From an uncultured Gemmatimonadaceae bacterium (GTDB taxonomy: Bacteria; Gemmatimonadota; Gemmatimonadetes; Gemmatimonadales; Gemmatimonadaceae), in assembly GCA_963761305.1 (NCBI GenBank), contig CAVXGK010000002.1:1440001-1504000 (forward strand): DNA of 64,000 nucleotides, read 5' to 3'. Positions 50,472 through 59,731 of the stretch are shown one piece after another. Below the pieces are notes generated by a model. It searched no databases. It was not told where the DNA came from and saw only the letters and a program-made list of their open reading frames with translations. Made by a program: the position numbers and the translations under genes. Position 1 is the stretch's first letter. Each line of letters opens with the position of its first letter.

Positions 50472-51836
50472 ATGACCGACGCGCGCCGAGGTCTTCCGAG
50501 CGTCACCGCGTTGCTGGAGAGCGACGGAGTGAAGTCGCTGCTCGAGCACGTCCCGCGCGGCGTGGTGGTCGAGGCGATTCGCCGCACGATCGCGTCGGTG
50601 CGGGCGTCGCACGCCGAAGCGCCGGCCGACGCCGATGGGTGGACCGCCGCCGTGGCGACCGCGGTCGACGACGCGACGCGCCGTTCGCTGCGGCGCGTGA
50701 TCAACGCCACCGGCGTCGTGCTGCACACGAACCTCGGCCGAGCGCCGCTCGCCGCCGTCGCCCTCGACGCGATCGATCACGTCGCGCGAGGGTTTTCGAA
50801 TCTCGAATACGACGTCGCCGATGGACAGCGCGGGTCGCGGTACTCGCACTGCGCGTCGCTGCTGCGCGAGTTGACGGGCGCGGAAGACGCGCTGGTCGTG
50901 AATAACTGCGCCGCGGCGCTCGTGCTCGCGCTCAACACATTGGCCGACGGGCGGACGGCGGTCGTATCGCGCGGCGAATTGATCGAGATCGGCGGCAGCT
51001 TCCGCATTCCGGAGATCATGGAACAGAGCGGCGCGCGGCTCGTCGAGGTCGGGACGACGAACCGCACCCACCTCGCCGACTACCGACGCGCGGTCGAGGA
51101 CGACGGCGCGATCATCCTCAAGGTGCACCGCAGCAACTTCGAGCAATCCGGCTTCGTGTCCGACGTTTCGGCGAGCGATCTCGCGGCGCTCGGCGCCGAA
51201 CACGGCGTGCCGGTGCTGTACGATCTCGGCAGCGGTCTGCTGACGTCGCTCGAGGCGTATGGATTGAGCGGTGAGCCGACGGCACGAGAGGCGATCATGA
51301 CCGGTGCGTCGATCGTGACGATGAGCGGCGACAAGCTGCTGGGTGGTCCGCAGGCGGGGCTCGTGCTCGGCGCGAGGCACGTCATCGAGCGGATTCGATC
51401 GAACCCGCTCACGCGTTCGTATCGCGTCGACAAGCTCACGCTGGCGGCGCTGGAAGCGACGCTCGCGCTCTACCGCGAACCGGAGCGGGCGATCCGCGAG
51501 ATCCCCGCGCTCGCCCAACTCACAGCCAACTATGCCACGCTCAAGGATCGCGCCGATCGACTCGCCGCCGCGATCGGCGACCGGCGCGTCGCTGTTGTAG
51601 ACGTGGCGTCGAGCGTCGGCGGCGGCGCGTTCCCGACGGCGACGATTCCGTCGGCCGCGCTGCGCGTCGAAGGATCGGCCGACGCCGTCGAGAAACGACT
51701 GCGCGGTCGCGAGCCGGCGATCATTGCGCGCATCGCCGACGGAAACGTGCTGCTCGACGTGCGGACGATCTTCGCCGCCGACGAGGACGAGATCGTCCGC
51801 GGCGTACGCGGGGCGTTGGAAGCGGCGTCGGCGTGA
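50472..51836 (+). CDS. selA: L-seryl-tRNA(Sec) selenium transferase
   Basis: 'VINATGVVLHTNLGRAPL', 'VVNNCAAA', 'SRGELIEIGGSFRIP', 'EVGTTNRT', 'SGDKLLGGPQAG'. Confidence 0.95.
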   Translation: MTDARRGLPSVTALLESDGVKSLLEHVPRGVVVEAIRRTIASVRASHAEAPADADGWTAAVATAVDDATRRSLRRVINATGVVLHTNLGRAPLAAVALDAIDHVARGFSNLEYDVADGQRGSRYSHCASLLRELTGAEDALVVNNCAAALVLALNTLADGRTAVVSRGELIEIGGSFRIPEIMEQSGARLVEVGTTNRTHLADYRRAVEDDGAIILKVHRSNFEQSGFVSDVSASDLAALGAEHGVPVLYDLGSGLLTSLEAYGLSGEPTAREAIMTGASIVTMSGDKLLGGPQAGLVLGARHVIERIRSNPLTRSYRVDKLTLAALEATLALYREPERAIREIPALAQLTANYATLKDRADRLAAAIGDRRVAVVDVASSVGGGAFPTATIPSAALRVEGSADAVEKRLRGREPAIIARIADGNVLLDVRTIFAADEDEIVRGVRGALEAASA

Positions 51837-52411
51837 CCGGCCGCCCCGGAGCGTTTCTCGACCGCGACGGCACAATCATCCACGACGCGAACTACATCCG
51901 GGATCCGAAGGACGTCGAGCTATTGCCCGGCGCGGCGGCAGCGATCGCCCGGTTGAACGCGGCCGGCGTCGCGGTTGTCGTCGTGACGAATCAATCGGGC
52001 ATCGCGCGGGGCTGGCTCACGCTCGACGACTACGAGGCGGTGCGACGCCGGATCGACGAGCTGCTCGCGGCCGACGGCCGAAACGCGCGAATCGACGCGA
52101 CGTACGTGTGCCCGCACTTCCCGGAGATCGCGGGAGCATGCGACTGCCGCAAGCCGGCGACCAAGCTGTTTCGCGATGCTATCGCCGATTACAGCATCGA
52201 CCCGGAACACTCGCTGTTCGTCGGAGACCGCTGGCGCGACGTGGCACCCGCTGCGTCGCTCGGCGGACGCGCGATCTTGCTCAACGTCGTGTCGACGCCG
52301 GCGGCGGACCGGGAGCGCGCGACGGCGGAAGGACTCGAGACGGCGGCGTCGCTCGGCGAGGCGGTCGACCGGTTTCTCGACGCGCTTCCCGCCTCGTCCG
52401 CCGGGCAATAG
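51833..52411 (+). CDS. gmhB: D-glycero-D-manno-heptose 1,7-bisphosphate phosphatase (HAD-IIIA)
   Basis: 'FLDRDGT', 'VTNQSGIARG', 'CPH...CDCRKP', 'VGDR'. Confidence 0.85.
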   Translation: MTGRPGAFLDRDGTIIHDANYIRDPKDVELLPGAAAAIARLNAAGVAVVVVTNQSGIARGWLTLDDYEAVRRRIDELLAADGRNARIDATYVCPHFPEIAGACDCRKPATKLFRDAIADYSIDPEHSLFVGDRWRDVAPAASLGGRAILLNVVSTPAADRERATAEGLETAASLGEAVDRFLDALPASSAGQ

Positions 52412-52420
52412 AATCCGCGC

Positions 52421-53119
52421 GTGACTTCGCGTATCGCGGTCCTCGCATCCGGCGGCGGGTCGAACCTCCAAGCCATTCTCGACCACTTCGACGCGCTCGG
52501 AGACCGGCGCGGGGGAAGCATCGTCGTCGTGGCGAGCGATCGATCCAACGCGGGCGCGCTCGAGCGCGCTGAGCGACACGGAATTCCCGCTGTCGTGCTG
52601 ACCGCGGACCGGAATCCGACGCAACCCTCACTCGACCGGCTTGTCGACGAGTACGAGGTCGATCTCATCGCGCTCGCCGGATACGTGAAGATGGTGCCCG
52701 AACACATCGTCGCGCGATTCGAGCGCCGCATGTTCAACGTGCATCCGGCGCTCCTGCCGGCGTTCGGCGGCAAGGGCATGTATGGAACGCGCGTGCACCA
52801 CGCGGTGATCGCGTCGGGGGCGCGCGTAAGCGGTGTGACCGTTCACCTGGTGGACACGCAGTACGATCACGGCGCGATCGTGGCGCAGTGGCCGGTCCCT
52901 GTATTCCGGAACGACGACGCCGGCACCCTGGCCGCCCGCGTGCTGCGCGTGGAGCACGTGCTCTATCCGAGGGTGCTCGACGCCGTCGCCGCGGCACGCT
53001 TGTCGCTTCCAGCAAACACAGCCGCCGCACCGCCGATCGACACGAAGCCGGCGTTCACACTTCTTCTACACGAGGATTCTCGTCTTGCCGAGAACATCGA
53101 GCTGGCGCTGGCTCGCTGA
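52421..53119 (+). CDS. purN: Phosphoribosylglycinamide formyltransferase
   Basis: 'SGGGSNLQA', 'LAGY', 'NVHPALLPAF', 'GVTVH.V...YD.G'. Confidence 0.95.
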   Translation: MTSRIAVLASGGGSNLQAILDHFDALGDRRGGSIVVVASDRSNAGALERAERHGIPAVVLTADRNPTQPSLDRLVDEYEVDLIALAGYVKMVPEHIVARFERRMFNVHPALLPAFGGKGMYGTRVHHAVIASGARVSGVTVHLVDTQYDHGAIVAQWPVPVFRNDDAGTLAARVLRVEHVLYPRVLDAVAAARLSLPANTAAAPPIDTKPAFTLLLHEDSRLAENIELALAR

Positions 53120-55235
53120 GGGCGCGGGCGTCTGCGCCGCGATCCTCGCGCCCACGCTGACGCACGCCCAGGACACGCTGGCGACGCCGCCGTATTCGCA
53201 CGCCGTCTCGACGTGGATCGCGCAGATCGCGTCGCCGGGATACGAACGGCTGGCGACCGACCACATTCTGAGCGCGACGACCGGCTGGGTCCGCGACGAC
53301 ACGGGCAATCTCGTCAAGCACGCGGGCTCGGGTGCCCCAAAGCGAGTCGTCGCCTGTGGCATCGACGAGACGGGATACGTCGTCAGCGACATCACTGACG
53401 ACGGCTACTTGAGAGTTCACGGCACCGGGAACGGCAAGCATCCCGAGCTCTGGGATCAATACCACGAAGGACAGCGCGTCATCGTCGTCGCGGTGGACCG
53501 GACGAACCCGCAGCGGTCACACAATGTGACCGGCGTGTTCGCGGTGCGCAGCAATCATCTGTGGCGCAAGCGAACCGCCGACGACGCCCCCACGTCCATC
53601 GAGAATCTGTGGTTGGACGTCGGCGCGCGCTCGCGAGCAGAGGTGGCGAAGATGGGCATCGACCGCCTCGACCCGGTCGTGCGCGATTGGCCGGAGTGGA
53701 CGTACAGCGATTTCGTCTCGGGGCCGGCGGCGTCGAACCGTGCGGGCTGCGCGGCCGTTGTCGCCGCGGCGACCAAGGAGCCCACGAGCGGCGAGACGGT
53801 CTTCATCGTCTCGGTGCAGAAGTCGTTCTCGTGGGCGGGACTCACATCGGCCCTGCGACGACTCGGCCGCGTCGACTCGCTGTTCATCGTCGACGGTGAG
53901 CTCGGCCGACTGCAATCGACGCCGCGCGAGGTGAAAACACCGTGGCCCCCGCTCGCGGGCTTGAACGTCGGCGCGACGCAGTCGATCGGCGTGCTCGCGC
54001 GATTCACCGGAACGCTGGCCGAGACGCTGCAGGAATCGGACATCCAGACGTTGTTCGCGTCGGTGGCGAAGGCGTCGGCTGTCGGAAACGATGCGCCGAG
54101 GCCGATCTCGGTACGTCACGCATGGGCCGCCGCGCCGCCGGTGATGGTGCAGGACTCGCTCTCGCGCTACGCCGAGGTGCTCGGCAAGCTCTCGGACATC
54201 TACGCGCCGTCGGGGTTCGAGCAGCCGATGCGCGATGCGATCCGATCGATGCTGCCGGCGTGGGCGCGCGATCTCGCGCACGTCGATTCCGCCGGCAATC
54301 TGGTACTGCCGATGGGACCGAACCGCGACACGACGGTCATCGTCGCGCACATGGACGAGATCAGCTTCGTGGTGACGGCCATCGCGCGCGATGGCACGCT
54401 CTCGCTCAAGCCCCGGGGCAGCCTCTTCCCGTTTCTATGGGAAGGACAACCGGCACTACTGCATCGCCCGACGGATCATCAAGCGCCTCGCGACGGGAAG
54501 CTCGGATGCGAAGCGTCGCGCGGTGGACCGATGCGCGGTGTGTTCGTGCCGCGCGACAGCTCACCGATGCGCGAGCCGCCCGCGCTCACGGCCTGGTTCG
54601 CGCGCGACTCGGTGGAGCTGGTGAACTCCGGCGTGCACGTCGGGCTCGCGTTGACCGGCTACAAGTGTTCGGCGCGGATCGGCGACGTGCGCATCACGGC
54701 GCGGTCGATCGACGACCGCGCCGGCGTGACGTCGTTGCTCCTCGCGCTCGACGAGATCGATCCAGCGAAGCTCGACCACAAGGTGATTTTCATGTGGTCG
54801 GTGCGCGAAGAAGGTGGCCTCGAGGGAGCGAAGGCCGCGGCCGCGATTTTGGGACCGTCGGTGCATCGCGTGCACGCGGTGGACACGTTCGTGTCGTCCG
54901 ATTCGCCGCTGGAGAGCCAGCGTTTCGCCGACGCGCCGATCGGACAGGGCGCGGTGATTCGCGCGCTCGACAATTCGAGCGCTACGCCGCCGGACGAGAT
55001 CGACCGCGTAGTTCGCATCGCGAAGGCGGCCGGCATCCCGCTTCAGGTCGGCGTGACCAACGGCGGCAACGACGGCTCGGAGTTCGCGCGCGTCGGCGCG
55101 ATCGACGTCGCGCTCGCCTGGCCACTGCGCTACAGCCATTCGCCGGCCGAAGTGATGGACCTGCGTGATTTGCGATCGTTGACGCGGATTGTGGCGGCTG
55201 TCGCCAAGGCGCCGACCACCAAGAGCATGCCGTAA
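53085..55235 (+). CDS. Secreted tandem M42-family (TET-like) aminopeptidase
   Basis: Signal peptide; two M42-like repeats, the second with 'AHMDE', 'DDRAG', 'REE', 'VDT', 'YSHSP'. Confidence 0.8.
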   Translation: MPRTSSWRWLAEGAGVCAAILAPTLTHAQDTLATPPYSHAVSTWIAQIASPGYERLATDHILSATTGWVRDDTGNLVKHAGSGAPKRVVACGIDETGYVVSDITDDGYLRVHGTGNGKHPELWDQYHEGQRVIVVAVDRTNPQRSHNVTGVFAVRSNHLWRKRTADDAPTSIENLWLDVGARSRAEVAKMGIDRLDPVVRDWPEWTYSDFVSGPAASNRAGCAAVVAAATKEPTSGETVFIVSVQKSFSWAGLTSALRRLGRVDSLFIVDGELGRLQSTPREVKTPWPPLAGLNVGATQSIGVLARFTGTLAETLQESDIQTLFASVAKASAVGNDAPRPISVRHAWAAAPPVMVQDSLSRYAEVLGKLSDIYAPSGFEQPMRDAIRSMLPAWARDLAHVDSAGNLVLPMGPNRDTTVIVAHMDEISFVVTAIARDGTLSLKPRGSLFPFLWEGQPALLHRPTDHQAPRDGKLGCEASRGGPMRGVFVPRDSSPMREPPALTAWFARDSVELVNSGVHVGLALTGYKCSARIGDVRITARSIDDRAGVTSLLLALDEIDPAKLDHKVIFMWSVREEGGLEGAKAAAAILGPSVHRVHAVDTFVSSDSPLESQRFADAPIGQGAVIRALDNSSATPPDEIDRVVRIAKAAGIPLQVGVTNGGNDGSEFARVGAIDVALAWPLRYSHSPAEVMDLRDLRSLTRIVAAVAKAPTTKSMP

Positions 55236-55284
55236 GCGGGCCACGATTCTCCTGACAGGCCAGTGCCGGCTTCGAGCAAACGGG

Positions 55285-55377
55285 AACGCAGATGCCGCAG
55301 ATTGGAACAGCAATGCCGCGGATGAGAATCAGGGTGCATTGAGTTTTGGCTGCTGGCCCGCGCTAGTTTCATCCGCC
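55285..55377. repeat. Second, truncated copy of the AACGCAGATGCCGCAGAT element upstream of purH
   Basis: 55285-55324 is 36/40 identical to 42401-42440; only TCATCCGC of the right arm remains, next to the purH ATG. Confidence 0.75.
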
Positions 55378-55378
55378 T

Positions 55379-56917
55379 ATGCCTCGCGCCCTCCTGTCCG
55401 TTTCCGATAAGACCGGCGTCGTCGACTTCGCCAAGGCGCTGGCGGAGCTCGGTTGGGAGCTCGTGTCCACCGGCGGCACGGCGAAGGCCCTGCGTGCGGC
55501 CGGGCTCACCGTGCGCGACGTGAGCGACGTGACGGGATTCCCGGAGATGATGGACGGGCGCGTGAAGACGCTCCACCCGGCCGTGCACGGTGCCCTGCTG
55601 GCGCGGCGAGACAATCCCGAGCACGTGAAGGCGCTGAGTGAACACGGGATCACTCCTATAGATCTCGTGGCGGTGAACCTCTATCCGTTTCGCGAGACCG
55701 TCGCGCGCAAGGACGCCACGCCCGAGGATGCGATCGAGAACATCGACATCGGCGGACCGAGTATGCTCCGGTCGGCGGCGAAGAACTTCGCGTCGGTCTG
55801 GGTGATCGCCGACGCGAACGACTATGGCCGCGTTCATTCCGCGCTCACGGCCGAGGACGACGATCTCGACCTGCGCCGTCTGCTCGCCGGAAAAGCGTAC
55901 GCGCACACGGCGGCGTACGACGCGGCGATCGCGTCGTGGTTCGCGCGCGAGCGCGGCGACAAGTTTCCGCCGGAGATCGTCGTGTCGTTCGAGCGCGCGC
56001 AGTCGCTGCGCTACGGCGAGAATCCGGGACAGGCGGCGGCGTTCTACGTCGAGCATGCCGGCGCGGGGCTCGGCGGATTGACACAGAAGGGCGGCAAGGA
56101 CCTTTCGTTCAACAATCTGTTGGACCTCGAGGGCGCGCTCCTGGCGATCGATCCGTTTTCGACCGAGACAGCGTGTGCGATCGTGAAGCACACGTCGCCG
56201 TGCGGGCTCGCCGTCGGCACGTCGGCGATCGACGCGTACAGGAAGGCGCTCGCCTGCGACCCCGTCTCGGCGTTCGGCTCGGTGATCGCATTCACGGTGC
56301 CCGTCGACGACGCGACCGCGAACGCCGTGGCGAGCCTCTTCGTCGAGTGCATCGTGGCGCCGGAGTTCAGCGCGGGGGCGATCGAGATCCTCGGCCGCAA
56401 GAAAAACCTGCGCGTCCTCGAAGGACGCACGGGGCTGACGAACTCCGACAACCATCTCGACTACAAGCGCGTGCGCGGTGGCGTTCTCGTGCAGGAGCGC
56501 GCTCCGGCGATCCTCGACGACACGGGATGGAGCGTCGTCAGCAATCGACAGCCGACGACGGAGGAGTACCGCGACCTGTTGTTCGCGTGGCGCGCCGTGG
56601 CGTCGGTGAAGTCGAACGCGATCGTGCTGGCGCGCGAAGGGGCGACGATCGGCATCGGCGCGGGACAGATGTCGCGCTTGGACGCGTCGTTCCTCGCGGC
56701 GCACAAAGCCGCTCTCGCCGGCCACGTGACAGCAGGATCGGTGCTCGGCTCCGACGCGTACTTTCCGTTCCGCGACGGCATCGACCAGGCGGCCGAAGCG
56801 GGCGTCCGCGCCATCGTGCAGCCGGGCGGATCGGTGCGCGACCCGGAAGTGATCGCCGCCGCCAACGAGCACGACATGACCATGTTGTTCACCGGCAAGC
56901 GGCTGTTCCGCCACTGA
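55379..56917 (+). CDS. purH: Bifunctional AICAR transformylase/IMP cyclohydrolase
   Basis: 'ALLSVSDKTG', 'GRVKTLHP', 'IDIGGP', 'LRYGENP', 'KSNAIV', 'SDAYFPF', 'RLFRH'. Confidence 0.98.
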   Translation: MPRALLSVSDKTGVVDFAKALAELGWELVSTGGTAKALRAAGLTVRDVSDVTGFPEMMDGRVKTLHPAVHGALLARRDNPEHVKALSEHGITPIDLVAVNLYPFRETVARKDATPEDAIENIDIGGPSMLRSAAKNFASVWVIADANDYGRVHSALTAEDDDLDLRRLLAGKAYAHTAAYDAAIASWFARERGDKFPPEIVVSFERAQSLRYGENPGQAAAFYVEHAGAGLGGLTQKGGKDLSFNNLLDLEGALLAIDPFSTETACAIVKHTSPCGLAVGTSAIDAYRKALACDPVSAFGSVIAFTVPVDDATANAVASLFVECIVAPEFSAGAIEILGRKKNLRVLEGRTGLTNSDNHLDYKRVRGGVLVQERAPAILDDTGWSVVSNRQPTTEEYRDLLFAWRAVASVKSNAIVLAREGATIGIGAGQMSRLDASFLAAHKAALAGHVTAGSVLGSDAYFPFRDGIDQAAEAGVRAIVQPGGSVRDPEVIAAANEHDMTMLFTGKRLFRH

Positions 56918-56957
56918 GATCCGTCGTGCGCCACAGGCAAGACGCCGCGCTCACGCG

Positions 56958-57953
56958 ATGACGAGGAAACGGCGCGTCGGCGTCATCGGCTCGATCGTCT
57001 GGGACGTCATCTACGGACGCGAGGGGCGATCGTCGCCTGTCGAGGAGTGGGGCGGCATCAGCTACGCGCTCGGCGGGATGGATGCCGCGCTCGATGACGA
57101 GTGGGAGATCGTGCCGATCATCAAGGTTGGCGAGGACCTCGCGCCCGCGGCCGCGCAGTTCATGGGCGGGCTGCGCCACGTCGCCGCCGACGCGCGCCCG
57201 ATCGCGGTGCCCTACCCAAACAACCGGGTCGAGCTGCGGTATTTCGACGACGAGCGCCGCAGCGAAGTGATGAAGGGCGGCGTGCCGGCGTGGACGTGGC
57301 TCGGATTGCGGCCGGTGCTCGAGGCGGCGAAGCTCGACGCGCTCTACGTCAATTTCCTGAGCGGGTGGGAGCTGGATCTCGAGACGACGATCCTCCTCCG
57401 GCAGTACTTCACGGGGCCGGTCTACTGCGACCTCCACATGCTGGCGTGGGCGGTGCAGCCCGACGGGCTTCGCACCCTTCGGCCGATCTCGAACGTGCGC
57501 GAGTGGTGCGCGTGCTTCGACGTGCTCCAGGTGAACGAGGACGAGATGCGGATGCTCGCGCCGGACCCGATGGCGCTGGCGGCGACGGCGCTCCACGCCG
57601 GCGTGCGCTGTCTCGTCGTGACGTTGGCCAAGCGCGGCGCGGTGTACTTCGCGGCGTCGGACTTCGAGCGGCTCACGCTCGCGCATCCTGACGGCGCCCG
57701 CCCGTTCGAGTCGATCGCCGCCGACGTCGGCCCGGTCCGCACGTCGCTCGTGCCGGCGGATCACGTCGTGGACGGCGGCGACCCGACCGGATGCGGCGAC
57801 GTGTGGGGCGCGACCTATTTCTCGCGACTGCTCGCCGGTGATAACTTTGGCGACGCCATCCTCGCCGCGCATCGCGCCGCGGCTCGCAACGTCGGGCACC
57901 GCGGAGCCTCCGGGCTCTCCGACTTTCTCCGGGGAACGATCAGCCTCACGTGA
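56958..57953 (+). CDS. PfkB/ribokinase-family carbohydrate kinase-like protein
   Basis: 'EEWGGISYA', 'QVNEDE', 'VVTL', anion-hole 'DPTGCGDVWG'. Confidence 0.75.
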   Translation: MTRKRRVGVIGSIVWDVIYGREGRSSPVEEWGGISYALGGMDAALDDEWEIVPIIKVGEDLAPAAAQFMGGLRHVAADARPIAVPYPNNRVELRYFDDERRSEVMKGGVPAWTWLGLRPVLEAAKLDALYVNFLSGWELDLETTILLRQYFTGPVYCDLHMLAWAVQPDGLRTLRPISNVREWCACFDVLQVNEDEMRMLAPDPMALAATALHAGVRCLVVTLAKRGAVYFAASDFERLTLAHPDGARPFESIAADVGPVRTSLVPADHVVDGGDPTGCGDVWGATYFSRLLAGDNFGDAILAAHRAAARNVGHRGASGLSDFLRGTISLT

Positions 57954-58849
57954 CTCACGTCATCACTGTTCCACCGTCGCTCGACGAGCACTCCTTCGAA
58001 CAAGTGCTGGAACAGTTGGCTCCGATTCCCGTGGACGCGAAGCTCCTCGTCGACGCGCGACACGTCCGCTGGGCGTCGCCGTACGGACTCACCGCCCTGC
58101 TCACGCTCGCCCAGACCCGTGCCGAACGACCGGCGCTCGCCGTTCCCGAGTTCGAGGAAACGGCGTCGTATTGGCGGCGAGCGTCGTTCTTCCACTACGC
58201 GGAAAGCCTCTACGAGCTGCGCGGGACGTATCCCAAGCGAAAGGAGACGGGCGAATCGAGCGTCCTTCTCGAGATCACGCCCATCGCCGGCAGCGACGAC
58301 GTGCACGGCGTCGTCGGCCAGGTCCAGGCGGGAGCGCAGCGGATTCTCCAGAACGAGCTGCACCTCGAGCCCAAGGCGATCCTTGGCTTCACGATGACGC
58401 TGTCCGAGGTTTGCCAGAACATCATCGAACACGCGGGACAAGGCGGGTGGGTCGCGGTGCAGAGTTACCGGTGGACCAAGCGCCTCGGCAGGCGCGTCGT
58501 CGTGATCGCCGTGTGCGACGCGGGCCTCGGATTCCGGCGTTCATTGGAAAGCGCGCCGGGACATGTACCGACCACCCGCTGGGACGACGCGGCGGCGCTC
58601 GAGGAGGCCGTGATTCGCGGCGTGAGCCGGTTCCGCGAGCGCGGACGCGGGCACGGGCTCGCCGGCGCGCGCAACTACGTCGGGCGGTGGCACGGCAAGC
58701 TCTCGGTCCGCAGCGGCACGGCGCGAATCGCCATCGTCCCCGATTGGGACGACGACGTTCCGCTCGCCGAAGGCCTTCCCCAGTTCCCTGGCGCGCAAGT
58801 TCAGGTAATCATTCCTGAGGCCATCGACGGAGGATCGACGGAACGATGA
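57950..58849 (+). CDS. STAS-like domain + HATPase_c (anti-sigma-factor-type kinase-like) protein
   Basis: N-terminal 'LLVDARHVRWASPYGLTAL'; N-box 'EVCQNIIEHA', G1 'DAGLGF', G2 'GRGHGL'; no H-box. Confidence 0.78.
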   Translation: MTHVITVPPSLDEHSFEQVLEQLAPIPVDAKLLVDARHVRWASPYGLTALLTLAQTRAERPALAVPEFEETASYWRRASFFHYAESLYELRGTYPKRKETGESSVLLEITPIAGSDDVHGVVGQVQAGAQRILQNELHLEPKAILGFTMTLSEVCQNIIEHAGQGGWVAVQSYRWTKRLGRRVVVIAVCDAGLGFRRSLESAPGHVPTTRWDDAAALEEAVIRGVSRFRERGRGHGLAGARNYVGRWHGKLSVRSGTARIAIVPDWDDDVPLAEGLPQFPGAQVQVIIPEAIDGGSTER

Positions 58850-59415
58850 TGCATCACATCGATCTGAGCAGCGTGCTTCGACAGACGCTGGCGTGCGACC
58901 TCTACTCGAATCTCGTCACGCGCCCCACCGGCGCCGCGGTTCGCACACAGATCGAGCTGCTGCTCGGCGACCCGACCGATACCGCCGACGCGCGCGCGTT
59001 CACGATCATCGATTTCTCCCAGGTGTCGATGATCGACTTCTCGTGCGCGGACGAAGTCGTCGCCAAGCTTCTCATGCGCTATTCGTCGGCCGACGCGCCG
59101 CGCGACGCATACTTCCTTTTCCGCGGCGTGAACGACGACCATTGGGTCGCGATCGGAGCGGCGCTCGAACGACACGGACTCGCGCTCGCCGTGGAGAACG
59201 CGGACGGCGTTCGCATTGCCGGCGTTGTGAGCGAGGACGAGCGCAGCACATGGGAAGCCGTCTACAAGCTCGGCACCGCCAACGCCTACGACGTCGCGAT
59301 CGCGACGGGCGGCGACACGTCACACGTGCGCGGCACGCTCGACTCGCTCTGCGGACGCCGGCTCGTGATGCGCGCCAACGACGAATACGTCGCCGTCGGC
59401 CACTTTCAAGCGTGA
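58846..59415 (+). CDS. STAS-like (DUF4325-type) domain + C-terminal winged-HTH protein
   Basis: 'LVTRPTGAAVR...IIDFSQVSMIDFSCADEVVAKL'; C-terminal helix-helix-wing pattern 'TWEAVYKLGTANAYDVA...VRGTLDSLCGRRLV'. Confidence 0.65.
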   Translation: MMHHIDLSSVLRQTLACDLYSNLVTRPTGAAVRTQIELLLGDPTDTADARAFTIIDFSQVSMIDFSCADEVVAKLLMRYSSADAPRDAYFLFRGVNDDHWVAIGAALERHGLALAVENADGVRIAGVVSEDERSTWEAVYKLGTANAYDVAIATGGDTSHVRGTLDSLCGRRLVMRANDEYVAVGHFQA

Positions 59416-59419
59416 CGCC

Positions 59420-59731
59420 GTGAACAGCGAGACGCTCGACGGGCCGCTCAGAGTCGCGCGGCTCGATGCGACGAAAAAGGGCGATACCGATCGCGGTCCG
59501 ATGGTGACGTTGAACCCGGGCGACGCGCGCGTTCGCCTCCTCACCGCCGGCGAGCTCGCTTGGGTGTACGGCCCTCGCCGCGGCGAGCTGGCGACGGTGC
59601 GGATCGACGCGTCGCTGCGCGCCGGCGACGTCGTGCTCCGCGATGTCGGAGGCGCCTCGCCGTCGGAGATCGTGAGAGTCGTGAAGCCAGACCTCGACAA
59701 CCGTGGACGGAGAAACACCGCCCTTGCCTGA
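59420..59731 (+). CDS. Stand-alone molybdopterin-dinucleotide-binding (double-psi barrel) domain protein
   Basis: 'VTLNPGDA..R.L..GE...V.GPR.GE...V.ID..LR.GDV'. Confidence 0.7.
   Translation: MNSETLDGPLRVARLDATKKGDTDRGPMVTLNPGDARVRLLTAGELAWVYGPRRGELATVRIDASLRAGDVVLRDVGGASPSEIVRVVKPDLDNRGRRNTALA

Noticed and set aside
55236..55378. ZTP (pfl) riboswitch upstream of purH
   Set aside because: The conserved GACUGGCG and GCCUGGGC elements are not seen; the region is occupied by a repeat arm.
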